A stretch of DNA of 64,000 nucleotides from the human T2T-CHM13v2.0 reference genome, Homo sapiens. Position numbers and translations under genes: made by a program. Location of the stretch: the NCBI RefSeq assembly GCF_009914755.1, contig NC_060927.1. One strand, 5' to 3'. Every line of letters begins with the position of its first letter. Position 1 is the first letter of the stretch. Below the pieces are notes generated by a model. The model worked only from the letters and a program-made list of their open reading frames with translations. It had not been told where the DNA came from and did not search any database. Positions 47,171-64,000 of the stretch are shown here, piece after piece.

Positions 47171-48076
47171 AATGACCAAGCTACATTTTCTTGGTTCAGT
47201 TTTCATTCTTCACTTTCCACTGACGTTGAAAGTTTGCACCTTCTTTACCGCTGTATTTCAGCACTGCGTTCACAGCTTCTGTTTGGTGCAAGTCTCTGCT
47301 CGTCCCCTCATCTTTGACATTTCTTACTAAGGCTCCTTTTATTGCCTCATTACTTTAGGAAGAGGTGAAGTACAAATTACCAAGATAATAAATATTCAAA
47401 TTGCACAGACCATGTGCCCCTGAACAGATGTCCACTCTAAGTCAATGTCAATCTCCATCCCTGGGGCAAGGGGAGAGGTGAAGAAACTTTACCATTGAAG
47501 CTTCATGGGAGGAAAAGGGACGCTGGGGAAGTGTGGCTTCTCTTGAGTTTCTGATTCATACACAGGAAGAGATTCCTTCCAGAAAATTCAGCTAAGGAAG
47601 AGGAAATGATAACCCAAGAATGTTATGATATGGAGCCTGCCAATTCTTTACGACAACGGAAGTGCTGCAGGGACCCAGTGAGAGTTTTACTTTTGCATTT
47701 AGCTCTTGTGGGCAGAGCATGTGATGCATGCCAGGAACTGTGCGTAGTGCTTTTCAGGTATTGGAAGAGCTCTCTAAGTGGGGTACTATTTGTCACCCCC
47801 ACTTTCCAGGTGGAAAACAGGCCCTGGGAGGTTACATAGCCTTTCCAGGTTACACAGCTAAGAGGCAATGGGAATTTGACCCCAGAACTGTTTGACTCCA
47901 AAGCCAAGCTCTTAATCTGTATTGTCTTGCCTCTCTTCTGTAGAGGCCAAGGTTGTCCACAGTCTAGCCCAGGGACCAGCCAAAGTACTTTAGCTGGGGA
48001 TGGAAGTAAACCTGTTCAAAACGCAGATTCCTGGGCCCCAGCTCAGACCCACTGGATTAAAAACTCCTCTGGCTGA

Positions 48077-48154
48077 CGAGATCACGCCACTGCACTCCAG
48101 CCTGGGTGACAGAGCAAGACTCTGTCTCAAAATAATAATAATAATAATAATAAA
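48077..48154 (+). mobile_element. Extremely 5'-truncated Alu inserted in a MER5-like element
   Basis: About 55 bp of Alu 3' end plus (TAA)n; TSD ctctggctga on both sides. Confidence 0.85.
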
Positions 48155-49105
48155 CTCTGGCTGAGGGGCCCAGGGACCTGCATTTTAATGCATCCCCTTG
48201 TGGATACACTCTCTAAAGGATGAGAATGTCAAGTAGTGACTTTCTCACTGCCATACAGATCACAGGCCACCTTCATAACTTCCCTTGCCTTGTGTCAAGC
48301 AAACCAGCAGGGACCTGAGACCATCAGCACCTTTGTGACACCTGCAGGTCGTCTTCCACTGTCATGCTGCCTTTTCAGTAGGCCCTCCTGTTGGGATTAA
48401 GTACTTTCTTTCATGCTACTCTTCATCTCCTGATAAGGGAGGGAAACTGAGGCAGTGGAACTGCTGGATTCCTACTCCTCAGTGAAATCTTGGGTACATC
48501 ACCTGCCTTCTCTATGCCTCAGTTCCCTCTTCCGTGAGATGGGGGTGATAATATTACCTGCTCAGGGTTACTGTGCAGATCTTCTCTGAAGTATTTAAGC
48601 TCTGAGTGAATGTTAGTTATTTTTTTATTACCTCCTTTCAATAGTCTAGTGAGATCTTTAATCTTTTCTCCAGAAGTTAGCTGGGTCTGTTCTTGCTATT
48701 CCATATTCATAATATTTTCTACAAGGTCTTCATTTCCTTTTTCCCTTTGCACATCTCCAACTTGCCTCTGCAAATCTATGCTAGTCCCTTTGATAAGAAT
48801 ATTAGATTAGCACAGGTCTGTGTCTGCATGAGGAGAGAGCCCACTTGGTCTTTGTTCAAGGTATCTCAGACGTTTCATTTTGTATTTAGCTGTCATCTGT
48901 AGAGCATGTCATACATGCCAGGCCTGTGTTTTTGACTTAGCATAGACATCAAGGTGATGAAGAAAGACTATTGGGTTGGCTCTTGGCTCTGCTGCCCACT
49001 ACATGGGTAGGTAATCTTGGGTAAATCACGTCCCTTCTCTTGGTCTCAGTTTTCTCTTGTGAAGTAGGGGGAAAGTTTTTGAGATCAGCATTGTTCTAAT
49101 TATGA

Positions 49106-49622
<517 letters not shown>

Positions 49623-49909
49623 ATAGGTACTTGTTAAGAATGAATTGCTGGGCAAGCTCAAAAAAGCCTGGGCTCTGGTGTAGATGAACTGTGAGTGTTG
49701 GGGGCTGTGGTATTGCTTTAAGGTTTTTCTTTTGGTATTAAGAAATTCCAGGGCAGAGAAAGTCAGAGAAAGTCATTTCTATGGAAATGAAGTGAACTTT
49801 TTACAAAGTGTACTAAGGGCTGGGACCTCTGAATTTCATCTCTTCTTCACAATCTAACTGTCATTCCACAGCAGTGTCATTGTGTGGTTTCTCAGCAGAT
49901 GTCTTTTTC

Positions 49910-52760
<2,851 letters not shown>

Positions 52761-55622
52761 AGCTTGTTAATGACTCAACCCACTTTGCGTCCTTCCTTTT
52801 GAGATATTCATGTATTCATGGTCTAGTGTGGGTTATTCTGAATCCTGGTCTCTCTTTCCTCTCTGTGTGGTTAGTGTTCTTTTGGGTTTATCTGTTTCTC
52901 CTTTTTGCCTACATGTTAGAAAAACTTGAAGTTATGCAGCTCAATTCAGGAACAGGATGTAGGAAGAAGTATTTGAGTCCAGTAGCTAGATTCAAATTGA
53001 TTTGCGTCACATTATTGAGGTCCTACCAAGTGCTGGGTCCCTGTTGTCACCTTAGAAGAACAGTTTATTTGTGTTTATCTGAGCAGTCTAGTTCTCCATT
53101 AGCAGGCACATGAGAGGAGGTATTGTTGAGGATGAACCTTTCGTCCATGTCTCTTTGTGGCCTCCCTGTTTCCTCCAGATGCATCCAGATCAGGGCAGAA
53201 GCAGAGCCTGCTTCATGGGGACTGAAAGGCCTTCTTTGTCTTTCCACCAGGAGGCTTTTGCAGTGGCAAGGAGGCCTGAGAATGACCCCGCAGGCCGGGT
53301 GAGGGGAAATGTAGGGAGTGGCCAGGTTCCAGCCTAACAGGTTATTTTTAAAAAGTGAAGCCCAATGAGGTGGGGAACTTTCTGAAGGGAGGTCTTTGTT
53401 TTCACTTGGCACTCAGATGACTCAAAAGTGAGAAAGCAAAGGAGAATGCAGGCAGCAGGGGAGGGCTGACTCTACGCCAGCCTTCTGAAATGACTTCAGC
53501 TGTACCTGGGCCTGCAGGTCACAATGATCATGCCTTTGAACTGGGGACACGGTTGAAAAGGCTGGAGGAGGAAGAAAGGGGCAAGGTGTCCACGCCATAG
53601 TCCCACTGTCTGCCTGACTGAAGGGCGGTTTACCACAGCTGGCTTTTTGTTCCCTAAAAAATGCAGCGGCCAGAGAGCAGGTGGGAGAGGCCCTCTCTGG
53701 GGAGTTGTTCCTCAGAACTGGGTCTGGGGGCAGGAGAGGGGGCCAGCTAATGGCCTGCAGAAGTGGCAAGGCCTGCTGCCTGCTTGCTTGACTCAGCGGT
53801 TTAGTTTATGGCAGAGTTTGCACAGACGGAATCGCTTGAGCATGTTGTCAACAATCTGAGGCAGCCAAGCCAGCCAGGGAAGTTTTTTTGTTGGTCTCAC
53901 CGGCTGTCTGGACCCTCCCACTGGAGGCGACCCTGCTCCCCACCTCACCGTGCAGCCTGGGTCCCTGGAGGCTCCCTGGGACATTCCTGCCACCTGCTGC
54001 CCTCCTCTCCCACCCAGCTCCTCTCCCTTTTCTTCTGGCCACTATTCTGATTTCAGTCCCCATTGCCTTGCTGGAACTGACACAGCCTCCTACAAACTGA
54101 CTTCTGTGTCTTTTCTCTCCCATCTCCAGTCCACCTGCTACTAGATTCATTTTCCTGAAGAACAATTCTGCTGTGGCTCTTCTCTGCTCAATAACCTTCA
54201 CTGGCTCCCCATCGCCCACCTAGCATATCTACTTCCTCAGCCTGGAATCTGATCCCCACCCCATCCCGCCAGCTTTGCTTCCCATCACACCTCTTCACAT
54301 ACCTGTGCAGTTTGCCTAACATGGACAACAACCCTCTTGTTCCCAAATATACTCTTGTGCTTTCCCACCCCTATGCCTTCTGTGGCTGTGTTCCCACTGC
54401 CAGAAGCCTCTGATTCCCCTTCTCTGTGTGTTGGAATGCTTTTGTGGAGTCCACACCAGGGCCATGTCTGCTCTTCATACGGGACATGCCTGACCTTCTC
54501 CTTCCTCTATTCCTCACAAATTGTAGCTCTCTGGTGGTATTTATCCCCTGTTTTGTTGTCGTTACTTGTGTCTGGATCTTAAGCTCCTTACCCTTTAGGA
54601 CAGGGTCCGTGTCTAAGCTGTCCTCATATCTTGCTCATCTCCTGGTGACAACACACTGCACTTAGAGGAATCATCATTTTTGTGCTACTTTGTGCCAAGA
54701 CCTCAAACATTATCCTATTTGTTCCTCCCAAGAAACTTCTGAAAGAAGTTTTAATACCTAACATTTGTTGAGCATTTACTGGAGCAGTACCAGGCTGTTC
54801 TAAATATTTTGCCTGAATTAGTTCATTTAATCCTTGTATTAACTCATTAACTCTTTGTAGTATATTTGATTATTATCCCTCATGCCAAAGATGAGGAAAC
54901 TGAGGCCCAACGGGGTGAACTAGCCCCTACTGTCTGTGTTGAGTGACTGTCTGACCTGTGGGGTTGCTAGCCATGCTTTATTGCTCCTGTTTGGCCTTCC
55001 TTCCTCTGATGGAAGGCAAGCCTTTGGCTAACACTCATACTTCCTTCCCCAGGCCCCACAGGGCACAACGTGATGATCACACGTTCTCAACAATAGTGAT
55101 TTTTCATCCGTGACACATGCTTACAAATCCCTTAATGGCTTTTCTATTCTTGTTTTGTCGTTTTTTATCCCAGACTAATTTCTTCTTCCCCAGGCTGGCA
55201 CTTATTTGGCATTGTGCTGCCTGGGGTTTTAATCAAGGCGGCCTACACCCACATTGTGAAACTCAACAGGCACTCACTTCTGGCACGGGCCCAGGGCTGG
55301 GTGCCAGGCCTCCTGCTGGGACTGGCCCCACAGCTTCTCCAAATATTTATTTCCCCAGGATAGTGGCAAAAGTACTCAGCAGCAGAACTATTTCTTCTGT
55401 GTCAAGGTTCCTTAGGATTATCTTTGGCAAAATGGCAACCAGTGCCGTCTCGTAGCCCTAATGCCAAGCACAGAGCTGGACGTGTATTTGGCCATCAGTA
55501 GATAATCCTTGAATGAATAACTTCATTCTCCTTTCCTTTTTAAAAGCTAGGGTTGCCTGACTGGGAAACCAGGAAAATTCTGAAAACAGATGTATCAGTT
55601 AGCTTTTGCTAGATAACAAATA

Positions 55623-55939
55623 CAGACACTTCTCAACTTATGGTGAGGTTACTCCTGAGAAATCCATTGCAAGTTGAAAGTACTGTTAAGTCAAAAACGC
55701 ATTTAATACCCTCAACCTACCAAACATTATAGCTTAGCCTGGCCCACCTGAAACATGCCCAGAACACTTACATTAGCCTACAGTTTGGCAAAATCATTTA
55801 GTACAAAGCCTATTTGGTAATAAAGTGTTGAATAACCCAAGTAATTTATTGATGTTCTACTGAATGTATATCACTTCCATACCATTGTAAAGTTGAAAAA
55901 TCATAAGTTGAACTATCATAAGTCCAGCCATCATAACTG
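55623..55939 (+). mobile_element. MER47A-like Tigger MITE nested in an MLT1-like LTR
   Basis: TA target duplication; CAG...CTG ends; gcatttaatacc, atagcttagcct and cagaacacttacattagcctacag motifs. Confidence 0.82.
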
Positions 55940-56919
55940 TAGGCACAAAACCTCAGTGGCATACAGCAATAAAAGTTCATTGCTGACATGACTGAGGTCA
56001 GCTGGGGATTGGCTCTGCTCATTATAAATTAGGCTTGCTTCTGTGGCTGGGGGTTGGCTGCTGTCATCTGATCTGGGCTGGCTTCTCCTGGGGTAACTGC
56101 AGTGACAGCACTGTCCACGTGCCTCTCATCCTTCTGAGGCCAGCAGGCTAGTAGCTCGAGTAGAGAAAAGTGGTCAGATAATTGCATTGTCACAAAGCAC
56201 ACATTGGGTGGTATGAGCACACCAAACTCAAAAGGACCTACCTTTGCTGTGGCACTGAAGAGTGGCCACATTTCATTTTAAGAAAAATCAATATGTAGAT
56301 ATATTTGCTGGTAGAACTCTCTTTTCAAATGGAATCTTACAGAGAACATGAGTAAATGATTCTTATAAGCTGCTCAGGGGTAGGGGCCGAGAGGAGGGTG
56401 GAGGCAGAAGTTGTGTGTCTTCCTACTGCTCCTTCTCGGTTTCTGTGGCTACTGGGAAGCCAAAACCAAGAGCTCTCCAAAGTGTCTCTGTCACTGACAT
56501 TCTTCATTGACCTGAAGCAGAGTGTGGAGCCCCCAGGCCCAGCAGTTAGCCCCGTCAGAGCCTCTAGCCTGCAGAGGATTCAGAATGAGCAGAACTGCAG
56601 TGATGTAGTATGGAGGTGGGGGTTTATCAAGCTATTCTCAAGGTTTGGCCACCAGGGTGGTTTCATTCTATAATATTCAGTAACAAGCTTCTCAGAGGTG
56701 ACAGCTGCCTTTTAGCTGAGCCATCCTAAGAGTATCTGCTGAGGACACATTTTTAAGCCAGCCCCCCAGGTGCAGGTCACAGATGGTGTCTCTTTCACCT
56801 GTGCCCGTCACTGTCCTCTGGATAGATTTCAGCTTCCCTGTGCAAAGAATCAAAACATGAAACCCAGAACAGTGCGTATGTTACTTTCAATAGAGGCCAG
56901 ATAGGACCTTTTTCTCTTT

Positions 56920-57445
56920 AAGTGCTTGTTCCATAACGGATTACTCAAAAATTTAATGGTGTAAAACAACCACTTATTCTTACAAATTCTGCAGGTCGGG
57001 AATCCAGACAGGGCGCAGTGGAGAAGGCTTATCTCTACTCCACAATGCCTGAGGCCTCAGCTGAGAAGACTTGAAAGCTGGGGCCAGAGTCATCTGAAGG
57101 CTTACTGTCTCACATTGCAGTTGATGCTGGCTGGCGGCCTTATGGGCTGTAACACCTACACATGGCCTCTCCAGTGCTCTAAGCCTCTCATAACATGGTG
57201 CCAGGGTTCCTAGGGCGAGCAGCCTGAGAGTGCGGACCAGAAAGAACTGGTATTGTAGGCTGCGACCTCACCTTGCAGATCACGTCGTGTCACTTCCATC
57301 ACATTACAGGCGGCCACCAAGGCCTGCCCAGCTTCAAGGGGAGAGGAAACAGATTATACTTCCTGATGGGGAGTGGCAAGGTTCTGCAAGAGCATATGAG
57401 ACTAGAAGTATCGCTGTGGCCATTTTTGGAAAACACAGCCACAGT
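56920..57445 (-). mobile_element. MaLR LTR (MLT1F/G-like)
   Basis: ggcctcagctgagaagacttgaaagctgggg...gccatttttggaaaa motifs. Confidence 0.72.
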
Positions 57446-57574
57446 ACATGAACGCAGTGTTGGGTGTTCTTTTATACCCCATTACCAAGGCCAAAGGATT
57501 CAGAATATCTGGTTGCAGGGAGCTTGTTTAAGCCTCTTGCCCCCTCTCCCAGACCACTGAGCCCTTGGGGAAAG

Positions 57575-57875
57575 GTTTTTTTTTTTTTTGCGGCTGGGGG
57601 GATACATGGTCTCACTCTGTCGCCCAGGCTGGAGTGCAGTGGCTTGATCATGGCTCACTGCAGTCTCAACCTCCCAGGCCTCCAGCAATCCTCCCAGCCT
57701 CGGCCTTCCGAGTAGCTGGACCACAGGTGTGCGCCACTGCACCCAGCTAACTTTTCAATTTTTTGTAGAGATGGGGTTTTGCCGTGTTGCCCAGGCTGGT
57801 CTCAAAGTCCTGAGCTCAAAAGATCTGTCCACCTCGGCCTCCCAAAGTGCAGGGATTATAGGCATGAGCCACTGT
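57575..57875 (-). mobile_element. AluJ-like
   Basis: Reverse diverged dimer. Confidence 0.87.
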
Positions 57876-58715
57876 CCTGGGAAACCTTTATAGTTAGAGC
57901 TTTGCTGAAAACAGAGGCCAGAGGCAAAAAACATAGAAAAAACATAGAAGAGGCAGGAAGCAGTGTCAGTGGTTAAGAAGCAGACCTTGCAGCCAGATGG
58001 AAAGGACTGAATCCCAGTTCTGTGTAAACAGCTCTGTGGTCTAGAGCAGGTGCCTCTCTGTGCCTCAGTGTCCTCATCTGTAGAATGAGGGGCATAATAG
58101 GGTTGTCATAATAATTTGACAGCCCTATGCCTGGCACATAAGTGCGTAATGAGTATTAGCCATTTATGAAAATAATTATCATTATTGGTATTATTTCGGC
58201 TCCTTATAAAAAAAGCTTATGTCTCAGCAAGGGCTGTAGATCCTGCCCCACTCCTGCCAGTCCTGGAGAAGATTTCTTGGCAGTCACACCCTTTTATTTT
58301 GTTATTGACCTCATCAGGGAGCCTGTGGGAAACATGAGCTCCTAATCCCAGTAAGACCCTAGCTGTATATAGGGATTTCATTTGTCTGATTTTATCTAGT
58401 TACCCAGGTCTTAGAATCTTGACTTTCCAGGAAAAAAAAAAAATAAAAGAGCATTTAATGTATTTTCTAAATTTTTCCCATTTGTAAATTAACATGCTCT
58501 GTTTCCTCAATTCTAAGCTCCCACCAACCTTAAGACCATTGATTTTTATAACTTGTTCGGTTGGTGGGGGAAGAGTGCCAATCTGTTGTATATATAGTAC
58601 ATTCCAGTCTCAACAACATTAAAATGTAGAAAGGTACAAATTGGAATTAAGGAAACACATTGAGTTCACTAGAATTTAGAAGTCTAGAAAAACACCTTAG
58701 AACTCCTTATAATTA

Positions 58716-59129
<414 letters not shown>

Positions 59130-60429
59130 CTAGAATATCTGCTCCCCTAACCTAAAACCCTGAGTTAAAACTAGAGCTAACCACAGTTAACACACCAGGC
59201 ACTTGGCTTCCATTTTCTTCTCTCAGTGGTTATATTTTCACACCATGAGTCTTTCTTAACCTTTTTAATATTTATGTCATGAATATTTTCCCATGTTATA
59301 AAAGCAAGATTATTTAAAGCTACATTTTTCATAATTACAAAATAGTAATATTTTTAATACAGAATTTTAAAAAACACAGAAAAAGCATGAAGGGGAAATA
59401 ATCACCCATAATGCCATGACCCCCAAAGAGTCACAGTTGACATTTTGTCTGTAGTATTTTTCTTCAAATATATTATCTGTGGTTTTATTAGGGTGGCGGA
59501 AGGGGTGGAGTTACAACTTCTATGCCTGATTTTTTTTTTCTTTGCTAGGTGAACATTTTTGTTAATGGCTACATAGTATTTTGTCATAAGGCTAAACTAT
59601 AATTTATCTAATTAACAAGTACTATTTGATATCTACAGGTTTTGTAATTTTTCCACTTTTGTAACACTGTCATGACTTGTAAATAAATCTTGGCCGATAT
59701 GCATGAGTGTTTTAAAATTATTAGAGGTGAAGTTATTGGTTCAAAGGATATGCATTTTTTTTAGATTATTTGATAATTTAATGCTAAGTCCAGAGGTGCC
59801 TTTTAGACCCAAGCTCAACCATCAACCCTTAAATGTTAGTAGTTATTTCACTACTTATTATATACTTTATGATGTGCTATATTATATACTTACTTTGTGT
59901 CAAGCACAGTGCTTTATATGTATTGACTGATTTTACCCTCATAACTTCCTAATAGAGTATATGATCACTTCTATTATATAGGTGAAGAAATTGAGACATG
60001 ATAAAGTTAAGGCCACACCACTAGAAAATGGCACCAGCCATTGAACTGAGTGGAAATACAACTGGGTTTACACAGAAATGAACTCAGGGCATGGCTGGAG
60101 GGACCACTCCCTGGCTGCTATTTATGAAAGGTTACTGACTTCTCCAGACTAGCTGAGTAGCCCTTCCTAGAAGCCCAATACTTAATCTAAGGAGGGACAA
60201 AGGTCTGGTCCCACTGAGCAGGACAAACACGTAGTGAGTTCTTTTATTGAGTGGCTGCCTTGTGAGATCCAAAGAAACCCAAACCCTGCCTGGATCTGAA
60301 GGAAGTTTCTTCTCATGAAGGGCATGAGAATGAGACTGGAAGGAGCTGTGGCAGATGCTAGAGAAAGGGTGGGCGGGAGAGGTGCCCTCGGTATGGGGAC
60401 CAGGAGGGCAAGAGAGTGCTTCTTAGACA

Positions 60430-60640
60430 GTCTGGGACTGTATAATACCATAGCCACTAGCTACATGAGGGCTATATAGATTTAGATTAATGAAAATCAA
60501 ATTAAGAATTCAGTTCTTTGGTCACACTAGCCCATTATAAAGGCTTAGTAGTCACAGGAGGCCATGGGCTGCCATATTGGACAGCACAAGTAGAGAACAT
60601 TTCCATCATCACAGAAAGTTCTATTGGAAATCTGATCTAG
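60430..60640. mobile_element. MER3-like hAT fossil
   Basis: tagccactagctacatg...atattggacagcac...tagagaacatttccatcatcacagaaagttctattgga. Confidence 0.78.
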
Positions 60641-62233
60641 AAGCAGGAGTTTGGCAGGGGGCAGATTAAAGGATAGAGAATGACCTGTAGTCTATTTCAA
60701 TTTGGACATGGGTCACGCATGGGAAAGTAGAAGCAGACGTTGGAAAGGGAGTTTGGGGCTATTCCTTGGCGTGATCTGTGAGCTTCATTTTGTGTGGACT
60801 TTGTATTAGACCTCTGTAGTGTTTAGGATAGGAAGTCTCATTAGATCAAACTCTTAAGTGTCTGTCATGCCCATAGCCTCTTCTGAGGAAGCTATGCCAG
60901 TATGTGGCATCACCTAACCCTGGGCCAAACTGGCTAGGGCAGAGACTGCATTGTTCATAGTCTGGACACAAGGAAGGTCTGAGGCCCATGAAGTGATGGG
61001 TAAATACGGTCCTTCCTGTGGAGAGTGTGCTGTGAGAGGGGCTTGGTCCCAGAATACATGGCAGGGACACACAGGAGCAGGAGAGAAGGATGCCCGCTTG
61101 TGGCTATACCCTGAGCAGTGAGGAAGGCCCACCAGCTCTCTCCAAAGCCTGCCTGAGAGGTGCTGAGAGGGCTCCCCAGGCCCTTTGCAACAAACCCCAT
61201 TGCCAGAGGTGGCCAGAGTGCAGCCTCAGTCCTCCCTGCAGCCTCAGAGTCCGACTCCTGGGGCCACCTGCCTGACCTTGAATTTTTCCTTCATTTCCTC
61301 ATCTCAATACTAACCAGATCGGGGTACCTCATGGAGGAGAAATGTAAAATAAACAGGAGTTTCAATGAACTGTCAATTAGGAAGGGGTTTAAGTGTCTGC
61401 TGAGCCTCTAGAGAGCAGGAAGTCAAGGGTGTCTGTGAGATTCAGGCAGGAAAGAGGTTTAGAAAGGAGCGAAGCTGAGGTGTTGTGGGGCGGCTTCCCT
61501 GTTGGGGGCTAAGCCGGCCTGGGCTTTGGCTGTAAGGAGTCAGTCTCATCTTAGTGTGAGCCCTTTTGCTCCTTTTTCTGCTTACATAACATCTTTGTTT
61601 GGCTTGTAAAATTATACCATGCCAGACATATTTCCAGACACCTCAGGCTCTTTTCTCTACCAAGTTGATCCAAGCAGCTTGGTTGTTTTTCCAGCCAATC
61701 CTGATCGTCATTGCTCCAGAAGGTTTCTTCTATTCTTCACAGAGACTTAGATGAGCTGTGTTCAGCCCACCTTGCACCTGAGAGTCGTGGAAAGCCGCAG
61801 ATAACAGCTGCCCACCTGTGGCCCACCTGGCCCCACTCAGACACCAGCCAGGGTTTGCTTGACTGCACCAGACCTGCTCCCACCAAGGCTCTGCGCTGGT
61901 ATTTGCACTGGTAACTTTTGTGAATGTAGAGCCTCATCGTTTGGTCTGGCTGTGGTCAGAATGTGAACTATTGCACTTTCATTCAGTTTATCGAAAGGAA
62001 CCAAAAATCGTTGTCTACTCTTGAATGAAGCCCCATTGTGTATCACACTGCTCGAATTGCTTATTAAACAGAATTATTATTTTATAGTTTTAAAAATAAA
62101 AAGAATAATTTCACAACTTCCTCTCATGCCTTTATGGGAAGAGTGATGACTGCAAATCTGAATCCTTTTTTCCCCCTCCCCTCTTTTGTCTTAATGACTG
62201 TTAATTCTTTCTCTAAGCTTATTGAGTAGTGTA

Positions 62234-62836
62234 TTTTTTTTTTTTTTTTGAGATACGGTTTCACTCTGTCACCCTGGTTGGAGTGCAGTGGCATGATCTC
62301 GGCTCACTGAAACCTCCACCTCCTGGGTTCAAGTGATCCTCCCACCTCAGCCTCCCGAGTAGCTGGGACTACAGGCATGCGTCACCATACCTAGCTAATT
62401 TTTATGTTTTGGTAGAGACAGGGTTTCACCATGTTGACTAGGCTGGTCTCAAACTCCTGACCAAGTGATCCACCTGCCTTGGCCTCCCAAAGTGCTGGCA
62501 TTACAGGCGTGAGCCATCACGGCTGGCTGGAGCAGTGTATTTTTTTTTTTTTTTTTGAGACGGAGTCTCACTCTGTCGCCCAGGCTGGAGTGCAGTGGCG
62601 CGATCTTGGCTCACTGCAAGCTCTGTCTCCCAGGTTGACGCCATTCTCCTGCCTCAGCCTCCCGAGTAGCTGGGACTACAGGTGCCCGCCACCACACCCA
62701 GCTAATTTTTGTATTTTTAGTAGAGACGGGGTTTCACTGTGTTAGTCAGGAAGGTCTTGATCTCCTGAGCTTGTGATCCACCCTCCTCGGCCTCCCAAAT
62801 TGCTGGGATTGCAGGCATGAGCCACTGCGCCCAGCC
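62234..62836 (-). mobile_element. Tandem older Alu (about 62234-62528) and AluY (about 62540-62836)
   Basis: Two reverse dimers sharing a triplicated target site gag(t/c)agtgtatttt. Confidence 0.9.
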
Positions 62837-63618
62837 GAGCAGTGTATTTTTAAAAAAATGTTTTATGGAAAATTTCAGCTATGCACAAAAGTAGAGAGAA
62901 TAGCACAGTGAACACTTGTGTACCTGTCACCCGACTACAACAATCATCAACTCATGGTCAGTCCTTGTGGAGCTGTGGTTCCACTGCCATGTTATTGTTT
63001 AACAGCTTTATTGAGATACAACTTAATATCAAAAGAGTCGTTCTTTTTAAGTGTGTGCAATTCAGTGATTTTTAGTAAACTGATAGAGTTGTGCAGCCAT
63101 CACTGTAATCCAATTTTTGACACTTCTGTCACACCCCCCCCAAAAGATCCCTCGTACTTGTTTGCTCCCATATTGTTGTGAAGCAGATCCTGCGCTGTTT
63201 CATCTCATCTGCAATCATTACATAATGTGTATAAATTGCTGGCCAGCGTGTCTGCTTGTCATGGCGGTGCCTGCTCAGGCCATCCCCATTCTGCTTATGC
63301 CTTTATAAAATCACATGTGTTCAGGGCTGCTCCCTATTACAAACCCCAGAGAGCCTGCACTGAGCCTGCTGGCCATTTTTACTGTTGAGAATTCGATTCA
63401 ACCCCAGATTCAGTTCTACATGACTTATTGACATCCTACTATGTGCTGGGCACTAGGGACACCACAGTGAATCCATGTAGTCTCTGCTGTGTGCACTTAA
63501 GGTCAGACTGTACACACAGTTGATGATGCAGTGGGTCAGAGGCAGCCTCGATGGGATGTGCGCTTAGTAGCCTGCTTGTCTCCAACTGAAGCATCATTCT
63601 GGCCTGATCTACATCTGA

Positions 63619-63619
<1 letters not shown>

Positions 63620-63675
<56 letters not shown>
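63620..63675. repeat. (TG)28 microsatellite
   Basis: Uninterrupted dinucleotide run. Confidence 0.97.
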
Positions 63676-63676
<1 letters not shown>

Positions 63677-64000
63677 CACAGCTCTCCTGATGACCCTTTG
63701 CTTCTGAGTGTAAAGCCCCTACTTGTTTCAGGATGGACAGGAGAGAGTGAACGTGCTGCTGTCATCCCACGTGTTAGAGATAAGACTTTGCCCCAGGGTG
63801 ATGGTTTTGTGTTTCTTTACTCACCTCTCCTCTAGACAGTACGTGGAGAGGGAGTAAGAACATCGCCTAGCACAATGCCTGGGCCATAAAAGGATATAAA
63901 ATTGCATTTGTTCATTCATTCACTTATTCAGCAAATATCTATGGAGAACCAATATACCATTCAAGGTTTCTGGCATGGGAAAACAACAGTGAACACAACA

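Overview
Human genomic DNA; an AluYb8 copy supports human rather than another primate. The window covers the tandem CMTM8-CMTM7 junction (3p22.3, recognised from the encoded peptides). On the + strand it holds the last two coding exons and 3' UTR of CMTM8 (996-1112, 3008-3091, poly(A) signal about 3424), about 21 kb of repeat-rich intergenic DNA, the CpG-island promoter and first coding exon of CMTM7 (24884-25042), and about 39 kb of CMTM7 intron 1. CMTM7 exon 2 was not found and presumably lies beyond the window. The rest is mostly Alu, L1, L2/MIR, MaLR/ERV LTRs and DNA-transposon fossils, and almost all ORFs in the track are Alu-, L1- or GC-derived artefacts. I found no convincing new biological system. 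The best leads are: (1) an AluYb8 that appears to have replaced the left arm of an older AluS; (2) a second, intronic CpG island with a kappaB site, a TATA-like element and antisense splice donors; (3) a perfect 26-bp inverted repeat split by an Alu; (4) all-phase-0 junctions plus weak poly(A) signals that would allow an in-frame CMTM8-CMTM7 read-through; (5) a MER41-like solo LTR and a MER20-borne CTCF-like motif. Repeat subfamilies and most repeat boundaries were assigned by eye and are approximate.
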